Assembly (NCBI RefSeq): GCF_009914755.1
Contig: NC_060925.1
Length of the DNA: 64,000 nucleotides
Direction: 5' to 3' (one strand)
From: the human T2T-CHM13v2.0 reference genome, Homo sapiens
Of this stretch, positions 1 through 16,229 are shown in pieces (position 1 is the first letter of the stretch; each line of letters opens with the position of its first letter). The translations under genes and the position numbers were made by a program. The notes beneath the pieces were generated by a model. It was not told the origin of the DNA. It saw only the letters and a program-made list of their open reading frames with translations, and ran no database searches.

Positions 1-1410
<1,410 letters not shown>

Positions 1411-2055
1411 GAGACACTAAAATTTTATATTGCATTTTTTACTTCATTAGGAGCATAAGATACTTCATTAAGGTTACAATGTGTTTATATCATGGTTTGT
1501 TTCCTTTGGGGAAATTTGGCAAAACTACCAAATCTAAGAATTGCTCAGTTCTGGGAATAGAAAATTTCATTTTTTTCTACAAGATTAGCTTCATCTAGAA
1601 AAGACAAAGAACTATATAGGAATTCAAAATAATAAGGGATGAAGGCATTAGAAGAAAGATCTAGTGGTGAAGATGTGGTCTGCTTGGCTTAAAGGTGCAG
1701 GGTCTGAATGGAAAGACAAGATATCATGAGCTTCAGGTGGACTTTGAATCAGGTCTGGAGGAACACTGGGTTAGAAGGGCCTGTCTGGAGGTGGGAAAAT
1801 GCCAGTTCTGATTTACAGCTCTGGGAGCCCTGGAGATGGGAGGATGAGCCCCTCCCTAAAGGTTGTTGAGGGGTTGGGAGTAGGACAGAGAACTATTAGA
1901 GGAGTGTCAAGAAGAGGTTTAAAATGATGAAAGAAAGTGCTGAAAGAGTATAATGGAAAGAATTCCTGCCATAAGAATGGAGGCCATAATGGCAGGAAGC
2001 CCAAAAAGAAGGAGTGAGAAGAACGAAGCTGAACGTAAATGGAGAATAGACCTCC

Positions 2056-2433
2056 TGTATCAGTCCATTTTCACACTAGTATAAAGAAATACCGGAAACT
2101 GGGTAATTTACGAAGAGAAGTGATTTAATTGGCTCACAGTTCCACAGGCTGTACAGAAAGCATGGCTGGGGAGGCCTCAGGAAACTTACAATCATGGCCG
2201 AAGGCAAAGGGGAAGCAGGCACATCTTACATGGATGGAGCAGGGGGAAGGTGGGGGTGGTGCCACACACTTTTAAACAACCAAATCTCTTGAGTACTCGC
2301 TCACTATCACAAAAATAGCAAAGGGGAAATCTGCCCCCATGATCCAATCACTTCCTACTAGGCCCCTCCTCCAACACTGGGGATTGCAATTTAACATGAG
2401 ATTTGGGCAGGGATGCAAAACCAAACCATATCA
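2056..2433 (-). mobile_element. MSTA-like MaLR solo LTR
   Basis: TGTATCAGTCCATTTTCAC...GGCCTCAGGAAACTTACAATCATGGC...AAACCATATCA, typical MST/THE1 LTR text. No clear TSD. Confidence 0.85.
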
Positions 2434-5304
2434 GGGCCCAAGGGAGATGCATTTGGTCAGCAACTAGAATGAGGAAAAGAGTAAAAGAGGGGACCAAAAG
2501 TATCAAGATGGAATTAACCATCTTTAGGATTCTGGAAATAGCTTTAGTGTTTCTTAGGGTCTGGATGTTATAAAGGTGGCAAGATGAGTACAGGAAAAAG
2601 TTAAATAATAATAAAACAATTATTCATCCAATATAAGTTGGTCCCTGCTCAAGTCAATGTGTTCTGTCATTGTTCAACAAAAACGAAATGATAGGAAAAC
2701 AACAGTAGAGTTCTTTCTGCAGCTTGAGTGCTAACAAGGGCCTCCAGTGCTTCAGGAATCAAGGGGTAAATGGAGCGCTCAAAAGTCCATCCATCTGGCG
2801 CTGTGTGCTTGCTGGCACAGTCTTTATCGCCACTATGGGAAGCTATAGTAGGGTGGCCACAGATGGCTCTAATAATTACACCCTTTTCTCCCTCTGGATG
2901 AGACAGATTTATGCACCTGGTCACTGACAGAGGCCTTGCTTTGTAGGGACAAGACTCTTGTTACACAGCTGAAGAGTGCATCACAGTGTTATCTTCTTGC
3001 CATGCTGCAGATCTGAAGAGGGGTCTTAGAAGAGGCAGAATCACCCACACTCAAGACCATTTCTCAAATTCATCTACGAGATAAGTCCATTCTCCTCCTT
3101 AGGGGAAAAGGCAGGAGTATGACCCTAATGGAAATCCCTCTGCATTAAAACTTGAGCAGTGGGGAACCAGTTTTCCTTCTCACAAGGGCAAACCAGGAAA
3201 ATAAATGCCTTATACTGGAATAATAACTTTAGAAGTTCCCTAGGGACTAGTTATCTCCCAATTTAAATATGTAAAGCAGAGCCTAGAAATCTAATAAAGG
3301 CATAGCAATGTGGAAGAAAGTTGTTGCCCTATAAGTGGCATTTACCAATCTGAGGTAAGAACAGTTACTGAAAGAGTTGAGAGAAAGCACAGAATCTAGA
3401 GAAAGAGGAAACAAAAACTGTCTGTTGTTGCAGCTCCAGCACTCAGTCTCCTGGGGCAATGGAGATGCATTAAGAGCTCAGCTCACTCCCGGCTAAATTC
3501 CTTGCTCATGAAGTAACTTTCTGATAATAATTTGGCTTTCCATGTAGACTTTCAAACAGAGGAGAGATGGTGCTGACCAGCCAACATGGATATTCACATT
3601 TCCTCAGAGACTATATATATTGGGAGCTAGTTTCTCATGAGTTGTTTGATATAATCAGTCCCCCTGAGCCCAGTCATTTCCATGTGAGCTAAAAAGCTTG
3701 GGTTGTGGACCTTGCAAAGCTGAGGATGAGACCTAGATTACGGTTCCCACAGCAAGATGGCAGGTTTTCTTTGGGAAATTTTAGAGTCTTCATTCTAAAT
3801 TGAACTTTTCTATGTGTCCTCATCCAGAAAGGGACTCAATACTTGATGGGTTTGTGCCAAGCTTTTGTATTAAATTCAGCTACATCACAGTAAATTATAA
3901 AAGTTAATGACCTATAATTATATTTTCTATGGTAAGGCACCTAGAATCAAGTAATTGCCAAATACAAGTGAAATAAAAGCCAGCAGTGGCTAGAATTTTC
4001 ACCCAGTTCTTCTATATTTCTAGGCCTTTCTAAGCTCATAGCAGCAACTTCCCTCTCCCTTTCTCTAGTCTTCTTGCTTCGCTTCCATCTTCTTTTCTCT
4101 CAGCTACAATGAACTGCTCCACAACATTAAATGTCTTTAAACTCTTCCATATGAGATTCGATTTGGCTCTGAGGAGTTAAACCAAAGCGCAAGTTACAAA
4201 TGTCCTAAGTGTTCTTCCACAGGGAGTATTTTAGTTGATGTCTTCAAACATACCACCCTCAGAAAAGCAAATATTTCAAAGACAGAAATGCAACTGTTGA
4301 ATGTGGCGATAATTCTGCATGCAGTAGTAAGACAAATTTATGAATAAAAATTCACATTTCTAATCATATAAACGTTTTAAAAGGTTGTTTACTTGACCAT
4401 ATATTGAGAAACTTGCTTCAGAATCTGATTCCAGGTCAGGGGCTATAGCTTGTTCATACCACTCTGTGAGAGGACTGCTTCACTCTCACCACCAGGCTGA
4501 CTAGTGCTCTGTGGTCTTGATCAATTGTCCCAGCAGAGTTGGTGCATGGGAAAGCCTTTCTTGGCCTTATCAGCAGCTCAGCCTGGGAGGTTGGCCCGGG
4601 GGCTGACCAAGCACAAAATAGAAAAGCCACTAATAAGATCCAGCTGGAACAAATAGCCTCTATTTATTTTAGGAAACTAATGATATGTCATCATGACACA
4701 TATCTAACCTTAGTATTTCTGATTGGACAGGCCAGTTATGTGGGCTATGATTCAAGCCATGGTTACGGCTCTGCTGCTGGAAGAAGGATTCACCTGGTTT
4801 TGTGGTCTCGCTCTTCAGGTATTCCTTGCATTAAGTAATCATGTTCTACAAAATTTCACATCTCAAGTACTGGAAATTTAGGGAGGTGCTTATTTTACAT
4901 TAAAAAAAGATCCCAATCAAGGAATTTTTAAGAAGTGACAAGTGATTAGTTTAATGGCGATATTATCTACTGACATTGTTCTGTTGTTATTTCAGAAATT
5001 GTAATCATTATCCATCCTAAGGACGGAGGAATCAACGTTTCGGTAGAGAAGAATTAGGTGCAACCTAGACAAGTGAGACATTTCTATGGTCTGGGTCTGA
5101 GAAAACATGACAGGAAAGAAAGAGAAGGGCTGCAAGGCCACGGGCTCAAAGCAGAGGCTGCCGAAGGACAAACGTGTTACAGAGTGTTATGAAATGAATT
5201 GACTTACTAGGAAGGCACAACATCCAGCATTACAAAAGGACTGCTCTGCCCTAGCCATGTCCAGCTGAATAACTGGCCACTACATGACCCTCCACACCTC
5301 CAGG

Positions 5305-6190
5305 GTGGAGGCAGAGTTTGTAAGCTTGTGGCCTGCAGACCTAAAGTGGCCCAAAGATGTATTCTTTCTGAGCCCTCTCCCAAGTGATTTGAAAAATTAA
5401 GCCACACTAAAACAACAGGAGATTTCACGTACACACAAATTGAGATTTCTAGCATCTCTTAAAAGATAACAAAGAAATAAGCACTTAAAACTGAACTCAT
5501 ATTCCACATGGCAGCACCAACTGGCCAAGATTCAGTGGCTGCTGCTCCTTTACAGAGCAACGGCGATGCTTCTGTGCCAGTGTGTGGCGGTGAAAGCAGG
5601 ACCCTGGGGCCGGCCTGTCTAGCTGCCCTCCAACTCCACCCCTTACTAGCTGTGGGAACTTGTTAACTGTTCTGTTCCTCCGTTTACTCATCAGTAAAAT
5701 GTGATTCATTGTGCTTATCTCATAGGTTGTTGTAAAGATTAAATAAATTAACAAGTATACTGCGCTTCAACTAGTGCCATGTAAATATAGTAGTATTACA
5801 AAAGCCTTTGATATTATTACTAATATAGTATTAATATCTTGTCTTCTAAATTATTTAGTTATGTTAATCCTCCTAAGAATCCTGTAAGGTAGGTGAAGAA
5901 ACTGAGGCATGGAGAGGTTGGAAAACCTGCCTAAACTTGTCACATGGTCATATTGCACATTACTAGTAAGCAGTGAAACCTCCTCAGGGGTCTGTGATCT
6001 AAACCACCATGCTATAGAATGACATTCCTTTAGGTGGGACCCACACTCTCCAGTTTTCCTTAGTACTCACCATTTCCACAGCATATGCATATAAATGTGC
6101 ACATTCCTTTTCTATCTTCCCATCCACTGCCCTGTCCTCCTTTGGGTTATCTCCCTGGCCCCTGCATGCATTTGAGTTTGGAACCCCTAG
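5305..6190. mobile_element. MER102-like hAT relic in two pieces (about 5305-5555 and 6025-6190) with MIR fragments between
   Basis: GGAGATTTCAC...ATTCCACATGGCAGCA and the end TGGCCCCTGCATGCATTTGAGTTTGGAACCCCTA resemble MER102. MIR core text (TTACTAGCTGTG...GTAAAATG; GAAGAAACTGAGGC) lies at 5590-5990. Confidence 0.55.
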
Positions 6191-6334
6191 TCTAGAAAAG
6201 TGGATATGCTGAATAGCTGACTGTGTCCTCCAGGTAGATTACCTCTCCCAATAAGGCTTTTATGAAGAGCCAAAGAGAAGACAAATTGTGCCCAGTGAGG
6301 GTCTATTTTAGTGTGGGTAGTCTGTGATAGCAGA

Positions 6335-6798
<464 letters not shown>

Positions 6799-7799
6799 AG
6801 AAGGTAATTTTTTTAATGTAAATAAAAATAAGACTTCCATGGGTAGGAATAGTTATCTGCTCCTACAGAGCTGGCCCAGAGGTATGCAGAATAAACCCAA
6901 AAACACTCTAATGGGAGGACTAGTTGGGAACAACATAGCTTTACAGTGAAGCCATCAGGATAAAACAGCAAATTGTGTACTTAAGTGATTGATTAAATTG
7001 CACTTCTCTTTGTTATCATGTAAATGACATGGTACTTACAGGATGACCAATTAACACTTGGAGACCAACTGCTCAAAACAATGATCTTAATTTTAAAATA
7101 GTTCTTATTTTCTACAAAAGTTAGATAAATGGCCCAACTGTCTGCAGAGGCCAGTATAAAAGAGAACACATATCTGTTAACTCTCTATGGCAGACAACCT
7201 ACATCAAAGTCATCCTACAGGTGCCTTGAATAATTGCAGTGTGTCAGGACTGTGGTTGTAATTGACAGAAACAACTCACTCTAGCCTAAGGAAAACAGGA
7301 AAAATGCTTTAAAAGTCATTTTGACCACATTTAGGTTCAGAAAATGAAGATGTTTTGGTATATGCAACAAGAAATAATTTTATATGGGTTGAGACCTAGT
7401 CTGAAGAATATTTGCAATTACTAAGTCTGACTTTCTCATGTTTGAGTCAATCCTAATTAGATCCCTACTGGCATGGCTGGATCTTAGAAAGAAATAAGCC
7501 AGTGAAAGATAAAATCTACTTGTGAGGTTACAGCCTTAGCAGAGAAGATCCAGGAAATAACTAGTCCAGCTGAAGGACAGTGGAGACAGGAGGGGCTACA
7601 TAATGCGAACCTGAGGCCTGGTTATTAACCAGGCTCTTGCTGTTTGGTGTAACATACATGCTATTTGGATTATGCCCTGACTCAACTCCACTCCTCTTTC
7701 TCTCCTAACATGGACTTTTGGGGACCTTGCTGCTGGTCCATTGTCTAGGAGGAGCCATTAATACAGTATCTGCTGTTAGCCTAATTCGTCTGGTTGGAA

Positions 7800-7990
7800 A
7801 GAATGCCTAAACCTTGAAAGTATTCCATTAAGGAGTTTGGATTTTATCCCAAGGACAGTAGAAAACATTGAATGGTCTTAAGAAGAGGAATGACACCATC
7901 AGACTCGAGTATCAGAAAAATGAACTCTGGCTGCCATGTGGAGATTAGAATTATTGGAGTGTTCAAGGCAATAGTAGATAGTGGCCTGTA
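7800..7990 (+). mobile_element. L2 fragment
   Basis: GAGTTTGGATTTTATCC...ACTCTGGCTGCCATGTGGAGA resembles the L2 3' region. Confidence 0.55.
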
Positions 7991-8568
7991 AACAGTCTTA
8001 TATTCCAGGCATAACTTGGAGATATTGCAGGTTCCGTTCCAGACTATAGCAATAAAATGTATATTGCAGTAACACGAGGAGTCATACAATTTTTTTGTTT
8101 CCCAGTGTATATAAAAGTTATGTTTTTACTATACTGTATTCTATTAAGTGTACAATAGCCTTATGTTGAAAAAACCAATGTACAATGTAATTTTAAAAAT
8201 ATTTTATTGCAAAAAAAATGCTAACAATCATCAGAGCCTTCAGCTAGTTGTAATCTTGTAATCTTTTTGCTGGTGGAAGGTCTTGTGTTGATGTTGATGG
8301 CTGCTGACTGATCAGGGTGGTGGTTGCTGAAGGTTGGAGTGACTGAGGTAATTAAAAAAAATAAGACCGTAATACAGTTTGCCCCAACAGTTGACTTTCT
8401 TTCATGAAAGATTTCTCTGTATCATTCAATGCTGTTTGATAGCATTTTGCCCATAGTAGAACTTCTTTTACAATTACAGTCCATCCTCTCAAACCCTGCT
8501 ACTGCTTTACCATCTAAGTTTGTGTAATCTTCTAAATGCTTGTCATTTCAACAATGTTCATGGCATCT

Positions 8569-10003
8569 TCACCCATAGATTCCACTCAAAAACCACTTTC
8601 TTTGCTCATCCATAAGAAGCAGCTCCTTATGCATTAAAATTTTGTCGCGAGATTGCAGCAGTTCAGTCACATCTTCAGTCTCCACTTCTAATTCAAGTTC
8701 TCTTGCTATTTCTATCACATCTGCAGCTATTTCTATCACATCTGCAGTAAATTTCTCCACTGAAGTCTTGAACCCCTCAAAGTCATCCATGAGGATTGGA
8801 ATCCACTTCCAAACTCCTGTTAATGTTGATATTTTGACATCGTCTCATGAATCATAAATGTTCTTTTCATCTAGAATGGTGAATTATTTCCAGAAGGTTT
8901 TAAATGGACTTTGCCCAGATTCATCAGAGGAATCACTATGTATGGCAGCTATAGCCTTATAAAATGCATTTCATAAATAGTAAGACTTGAAAGTCAAAAT
9001 TACTCCTTGATCCATGGACTGCAGAATGGATGTTGTGTTAGCCAGCATGAAAACAACATTCATCCCCTTGTATATCTCCATCAGAGATCCTGGGTAACAG
9101 GTGCATTGCCAATAAGCAGTAATATTTTTAAAAGAATCTTCTTTTCTGAGGATCAGATCTCAACAGTGGGCTTAAAATATTCAGTAAACCATGCTATAAA
9201 CAGATGCACTGTCATCCAGGCTTTCTTCTTCCATTTATATAGCCAGCAGGGTAGATTTAGCATAATTCTCAAGGGCCATAGGATTTTCAGAATGGTAAAT
9301 GAGCGTTGGCTTCAACTTAAAGTCACCAGCTGCATTAGCCCCTAATAAGAGTCAGTCTGTCCTTTGAAGCTTTTAAGGCATTGACTTCTCTCTAGCTATG
9401 AAAGTACTAGATGGCATCCTCTTCCAATCGAAGGCTGTATTGTCTACTCTGATAATCTGTTGTTTAGTGCAGCCACCTTCATTATTTATCTTAACTAGAT
9501 CTTCTGGATTGCTTACTGCAGTTTCTACATCAGCACTTACTGCTTTACCTTGTACTTTTATGTTATGGAGGTGGCTTTTTTCCTTAAACCTCATGAACCA
9601 ACCTCTACTGGCTTCAATCTCTTCTTCTGCAGCTTTCTCACTTCTCTCAGCCTTCATAGTATTGAAGGGAGTTATGGTCTTTCTCTGGATTAAGCTTTGG
9701 CTTAAGGGAATGTTGAGGTTGGTTTGATCTTCTATCCAGACCCCCAAAACATTTTCAATATCAGCAGTAAGGCTGTTTCACTTTCTTATCATTGTGTGTT
9801 CCCTGGAGTAGCACTTTTAATTCCCTTCAAGAACTCATGGGCATTTACAACTTGGCTAACTGTTTGCCTTTGGGCAAGAAGTCTAGCTTTTGGGCCATCT
9901 CAGCTTTTGACATGCTTTTCTCCCTAAGCTTAATCATTTCTAGCTTTTGATTTAAAATAAGAGATGTATGACTCTTCCTTTCACTTGAGCACTTAAAGGC
10001 CAT
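8569..10003 (-). pseudogene. Disrupted Tigger1 pogo/CENP-B-like transposase
   Basis: Fragments in several frames: [37 protein letters not shown]...[27 protein letters not shown]...[10 protein letters not shown]. Confidence 0.9.
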
Positions 10004-10390
10004 TGTTGAGTTATTAACTAGCCTAATTTCAATATTGCTGTGTCTCAGGGAATAGTGAGGCCTGAAGAAAGGGAGAGAGATGGGGGAGCAGCTGGTCAGT
10101 GGAGCAGTCAGAACACACACAACATTTATCCATTAAGTTTGCCGTCTTATATGGGTGCAATTCGTGGCACCCCAAACAATGACAAAGTAACTTCAAAGAT
10201 CACTGATCACAGATCACCATAACAGATATAATAATAATGAAAAAATTTTAAATATTGCAAGAATTACCAAAGTGTGACACAGAGACACAAAATGAGCACA
10301 ACCTGTTGAAAAAATGATACCGATAGACTTGCTCAACACAAGGTTGCTACAAACCTTCAATTCGTTTAAAAAAAAAAAAAAAAAAAACCC

Positions 10391-10786
<396 letters not shown>

Positions 10787-13065
10787 TCAGATTGATACAC
10801 CGAGACCTATAATGTGTTAGAGTAAATGTGCATGAAGCTTAGCTGAAATACCAGAAAAGCTAATAATCTACAGTAGAAGATTGTCCATTTTTTAAAAAGT
10901 ATGATAGATTATGGCCTTTGTTCCATAGAGGTAGGTTCAAACTTGTGGAGTTAACTAAATCAAATGATAAAAATCAGAGCTCATCAGTTAATGCAAGTTT
11001 TGGGTGGTGCTACTGGAAAAATACATTCTGATCATTTAATTTCATATTTTAATCAAATAGCCTACATAAATATATGCTAATGGGTCAAGATAATGGCCTT
11101 AGAACTTTAGAGCTGAATAAATCAGGCCTCTCAGGCATGGACTTAAATCTGTATTTCAATGAACTCTTTCAACCAGAACTATGCCTTGAACTATGACCCT
11201 AAATGTATTCTCACTACTGCCTGACAAAACTGGGCCTGTGACCTTCTCCAAGTATCTATCATGCATAGGTATTTCAGAGGCAAGAAGTTTATGATAATAT
11301 TTAAATTTCATCAGTTCTTGGGTCATGAAAGGGGAACATTCTACCTCATTCTCTGTTACTATTCAGCATGTCTTCTAGGTAGAGTTTTTTTATTTGTTTG
11401 TTTCTCCTTTGGTGTCCTAATATTCTTGTCAAATCAGAGACTGAGGGATTAAGAAGAGACTGAGGTATTAAGACACACATACCCAAGAATGGAACAGACA
11501 AGGCTGGAACCAGTTTATCAATAGATCCTTTGTAAGAGGAAAAAGAAAATGACTCTCTTCTGAGATCAGAGAATGAAAATCAAATAATTAAGCAGTGAGG
11601 AAGACTATGGTTCACTCTACAAATATTGGAAATTATATTAAGATGGTATATGTATAGGCAACTTTTATGTCCTTAGAAATGTATTTTGCCTGTGACATCC
11701 AAGCCAGCTGCAGTGGTGGGCAAAGCAGCCTCACTACATTCTTTGTATGTCAGATCCCTCTCAAGTTGAGGTCTTGGCCCCAATTAAATCAGTTCTGAGC
11801 TTTTTATAAATCAAGTCCTTCATAAATCTTGCAGTAACATTTCATTCTCTTTGCTCTCCTGCCTCTTACTGAGGGTAGCTTCAGGCATTTCCAGACCTTC
11901 CTGTTCAGCTGAGCCCTCTTGAGGAGATGTGTACAATTCTTCCTTTTGTTTCCCTCTATTTACGAAAAATACTCGCTTCCTCCAGGACATCTGTGTAGCA
12001 TCTCTACCCGAGGGGAAACCCTTGTCTTCCACCCACACTCAGGGCTGCAAGGGATAGGTTCACAGCAGGACAACTGGTTGATTAGTCATGTAATTCAAAA
12101 TTACTAGGTACTCAAACTTAGACTAGTGAAATACAAAATGTGCTCTCGTGTTTGGTAGTATTATATAAGCTTATATTATCATAGAATTTAGATTCTTGTA
12201 GAATGGCATAAGCCACAGAGAAGCAGGGGACTTAGAAATCAAAAGCCACTTGGCCTATTTGAAATGATCATGTGACACTAATAAGGCCCACCAGTGCAGA
12301 AAGGAGTAGCTGGCAGAGTTCTGCAGGGATGAGCTTGTGCGTACTCTCACCTAGTGGCATCAAATGCTGCTCCTCACACAGAGGCTAAACTGGATAGATG
12401 TTTATTTCAAAGCCAAGAGCCCTCAAATAGACCGTCCACATGGCAAGCCTGTGATTTCCTCTCCTGGAATATGAAGTGGCTTCTTTTCAAACATTTATGA
12501 GAAACATAAAATTTTAGTTTGCTTTCTCAAGTGAATAATAATTACTCTGGATGGGAAGGATTCATCCAGAGACATAAAAACATCCCCAGTCACTACTAAT
12601 TAAAAGAAATCTACTAAGACATATATCACTTTGGCTAGAAAGCAATAGCATTCCTTATTCTAACTATATCACAGGGCTTGCCAAGTCTCAGTGAAAAGGG
12701 GAATTAATTTGACCCAGAAAGGCTTACTCAGAGAGGCATCCACCAGTCCTACGCTGTTGTCAGACTAACAAAAACAGTGTGGAAGAACAAGAGTTAGGGT
12801 AAGAATGATCTAAGAGAGGTTTCCTGAAGCCAGCACTATATCAGGCTGAAGGCAGTGAGATTCATCCAACAAGAGTTCAAGATTTTGAAAACTGGCACAC
12901 ACAGAAGCCTAAGCAGTGACACAGTAAGTAGGAAACAGGGGATGACCACAATATTTTGGTCAATTCATATAAAGGGTCCATTGGATGATATGTGATATGT
13001 CTTATTGACAAAGGTCAGGCTGGACTAAGGTATAGAGCAAATATGTCCTTACTCAAACCTCCTCA

Positions 13066-13376
<311 letters not shown>

Positions 13377-13432
13377 AGAAAGAAAGAAAGAAAGAAAGAA
13401 AAGAAAGAGAAAAAAAGAAAGGAAAGAAGGAA

Positions 13433-13494
<62 letters not shown>

Positions 13495-13495
13495 A
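13377..13495 (+). repeat. Compound (GAAA)n/(GGAA)n microsatellite grown from the Alu tail
   Basis: Directly visible purine tract of about 120 bp. Confidence 0.95.
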
Positions 13496-14035
13496 ACAAC
13501 CCAAGTACCCAAGTGTCCATCAAGATAAATGAATAAACAAAATGTTGTGTGTACACACGATGAAATATTTTTCAGCTTTAATAAGGAAAAAAATTCTGGC
13601 ATATGCTACAACATAGATGATCTTTGAAGACATTACACTAAGTGAAATGAGCTAATCACAAAAAAACAAATACTGCATAATTCCACTTATATGGGTTATA
13701 TAGAATAGTCAAATTCATAGAAACAGAGAGTAGAATGGAGGTTGCCAGGGTGTGGGGGAGGGGGAAATGAGGAGCTGCTGTATGGTGGGTATAGAGTTTT
13801 AGTTTTGTAAGATGAAATTGTTCTGGAGATTGGTTGTACAGCAATGTAAATACACTTAACAATATTGAACTACACACTTAAAATTGTTAAGATGGTAAAT
13901 TTTATGTTAGGTGCATTTTACCACACTTAAGACATTTTTTAACTTACAAAATTATACAATATATATGTACTGTTTATTATATGTCAGTTGTACCTCAATA
14001 AAACTATTTTTTTAAATAAAATAAAACAAAACAAA
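13496..14035 (+). mobile_element. L1MB-like 3' end
   Basis: CCCAAGTGTCCATCAAGATAAATG...AACTACACACTTAAAATTGTTAAGATGGTAAATTTTATG, then AATAAA and an A-rich tail. Confidence 0.85.
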
Positions 14036-14518
14036 AATCAACTCCAGGTGGCCCATGTGAGGTCAGCAGGGATGAGCCCATTTTTTCTGCATAGTCAGAA
14101 AAGGCTGCAGTGCCGATCCACCTGGGTTGCCTATGCTATCTGGGTGTAACTGGACTCATGGGGTTAACTCTGAAGTACTTAACACTAATCATTCTAGTTT
14201 CCTGAGTTTGATTCCTCATTTTTTCTTAACTATATGTTTTCAAGATCTTCCTAAATTGCTTCTGTAAGTATGCAAGCTAATGGATTTGGTGAATAGTGAC
14301 CTCTGAAAGAGTAGGTTCAGTAGGGGAGGTAAAATATAGATTTTAAGACATAATCATCATCACTAAAATTTACTGAGCTGCTTTTACTTGTCTCTTTTCA
14401 CTTAAACCTCACAAGAACTGTATAAGATTATATACATGCATATTTTACAGGTTAAGTTGGAGGTCAGAGTGGTTAAGTAACTCATCAAATGTCCCTGACT
14501 ATTGTGTCAGATAGAGTC

Positions 14519-14924
14519 TGTCTCAATCCATTTCATATTGCTATAAAAGAATACCTGAGGCTAGGTAATTTTGAAAGAAAAGAGGCTTATTTGTCTGACA
14601 TTTCTGGAGACTGTACAAGAAGCACAGTGCCAGCATCTGCTTCTGGTGAGGGCCTCAGGAAGCTTCCACTCATGGAAGAAGGGGAAGGGGAGTTTGTATG
14701 TCTCATGGTAAGAGAAGGAGCGAGAGAGAGAAGGGGCAGACTCTTTTTGACAGCCAGGTATCGAGGAAATGAACAGAGCAAGAACCCTCTCATTACCACA
14801 AGGAGGGCACCAAGCCATTCATGAGGGATGAATTACCCAAAAACATCTCACCAGGCCCCACCTTCAATATTGGGGATCAAATTTCAACATGAGACTTGAA
14901 GGGACAAATATCCAAATTATATCA
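14519..14924 (-). mobile_element. MSTB-like MaLR solo LTR
   Basis: GCCAGCATCTGCTTCTGGTGAGGGCCTCAGGAAGCTTCCACTCATGG...CCAAATTATATCA. Confidence 0.85.
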
Positions 14925-15201
14925 ACGTCTTAGCAGAAGGCTGATTTTTTACTTAGATGTTCAAATTAAGGAAATATTAATGAATGGGCTGCTTCCCGAG
15001 GTGTGTAAGTTGAAGGTAGGCAAGTTTAAGGAAACCAGGAAGGAATGTCAAAGCACCCAGAGTCCAATACAAATGAAAATCCATTACTAGCCCTCTATGT
15101 GAAGGAGCAAGGGGAGGTCAAAGTTGGATAGTTATAAAATTAACATACATGAGAATGTTTGTAAACTGAGGGGAAGAAAATATTAGAAAGAGAGAAGTGA
15201 T

Positions 15202-15457
15202 AGCTCATGCCTGTAATTCCAGCACTTTGGGAGGCTGAGGCAGGTGGATCACTCGAGGCCAGGAGTTAGAGACCAGCCTGGCCAACATGGCAAAACCCCA
15301 TCTCTACTAAAAATATAAAAATCAGCTGGGCATGGTGGCACACATCTGTAATCCAAGTTACTCTGGAGACTGAGGAACAGGAATCACTTGAACCTAGGAG
15401 GCGGAGGTTGCAGAGAGACGAGATTGCGCCACTGACCACAGTCTGGGCAAAACAGTG

Positions 15458-15497
<40 letters not shown>
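15202..15497 (+). mobile_element. AluS, slightly 5'-truncated, ending in a (GA)n microsatellite
   Basis: Alu body from GCTCATGCCTGTAATTCC. A (GA)n tract at 15462-15497 stands in place of the A-tail. Confidence 0.9.
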
Positions 15498-15500
<3 letters not shown>

Positions 15501-16229
15501 GAGGGAATAACTAAGAAGGCAAAGGCTGGAGAAAACAGGAATGGGTGATATCAAGATCACAATGAAAGAGTTTGCATTGGAAAAGAGAAAGAATACATCT
15601 TCCCATGAGACAGGAAAAAAAATTGGGAAAAGAATGAAAGGAAAATTGTTACTTATAAAGCAGATGGTGAGACTTTGATCTGAGAGAAAGGAGCCTGGGG
15701 TGATGTAGGAAAGAGAAGAGCTGACACAGAGCTGTTTTGGTAATTTGAGAGGAGCTCAACTGGGGGATAATTAGTGCATGGTACTATGGGCCACACAAAT
15801 GCCCAACTAACCCAAATTTGCAACATACTCAGTCAGCATTGCTACAATCAAACACAACAGATCACCCATTTTTTTTAATCTCAATTTTTCCTTAAGAAAA
15901 TGGTCTAAATAACAGGGTTGAAATGGTTAAGAAGCCATTTAAGTTATTTTTACTTCTGGAATTATGACTACTAGTATTCCAAGATACCCTTTTATCTCAG
16001 AATAACTAGATCCTGAATAGAATGCATATTTAGAGATATTGCTGATCTATTAGGAAAGAATCTTCTATGGCCCTCCATTCATTGACAGAGAGAGAGAGAA
16101 AGAGAAAGAGAGACAGAGAAAGAGAGAATATGAACTATAGTGTTTTGGCAGCCAGGTGGTGTGGGGTTGCCTTGAGGACAAATGACAATAGCTGCACTTA
16201 TCTCAAAATATTGAGCTTAGGCTGATGCT

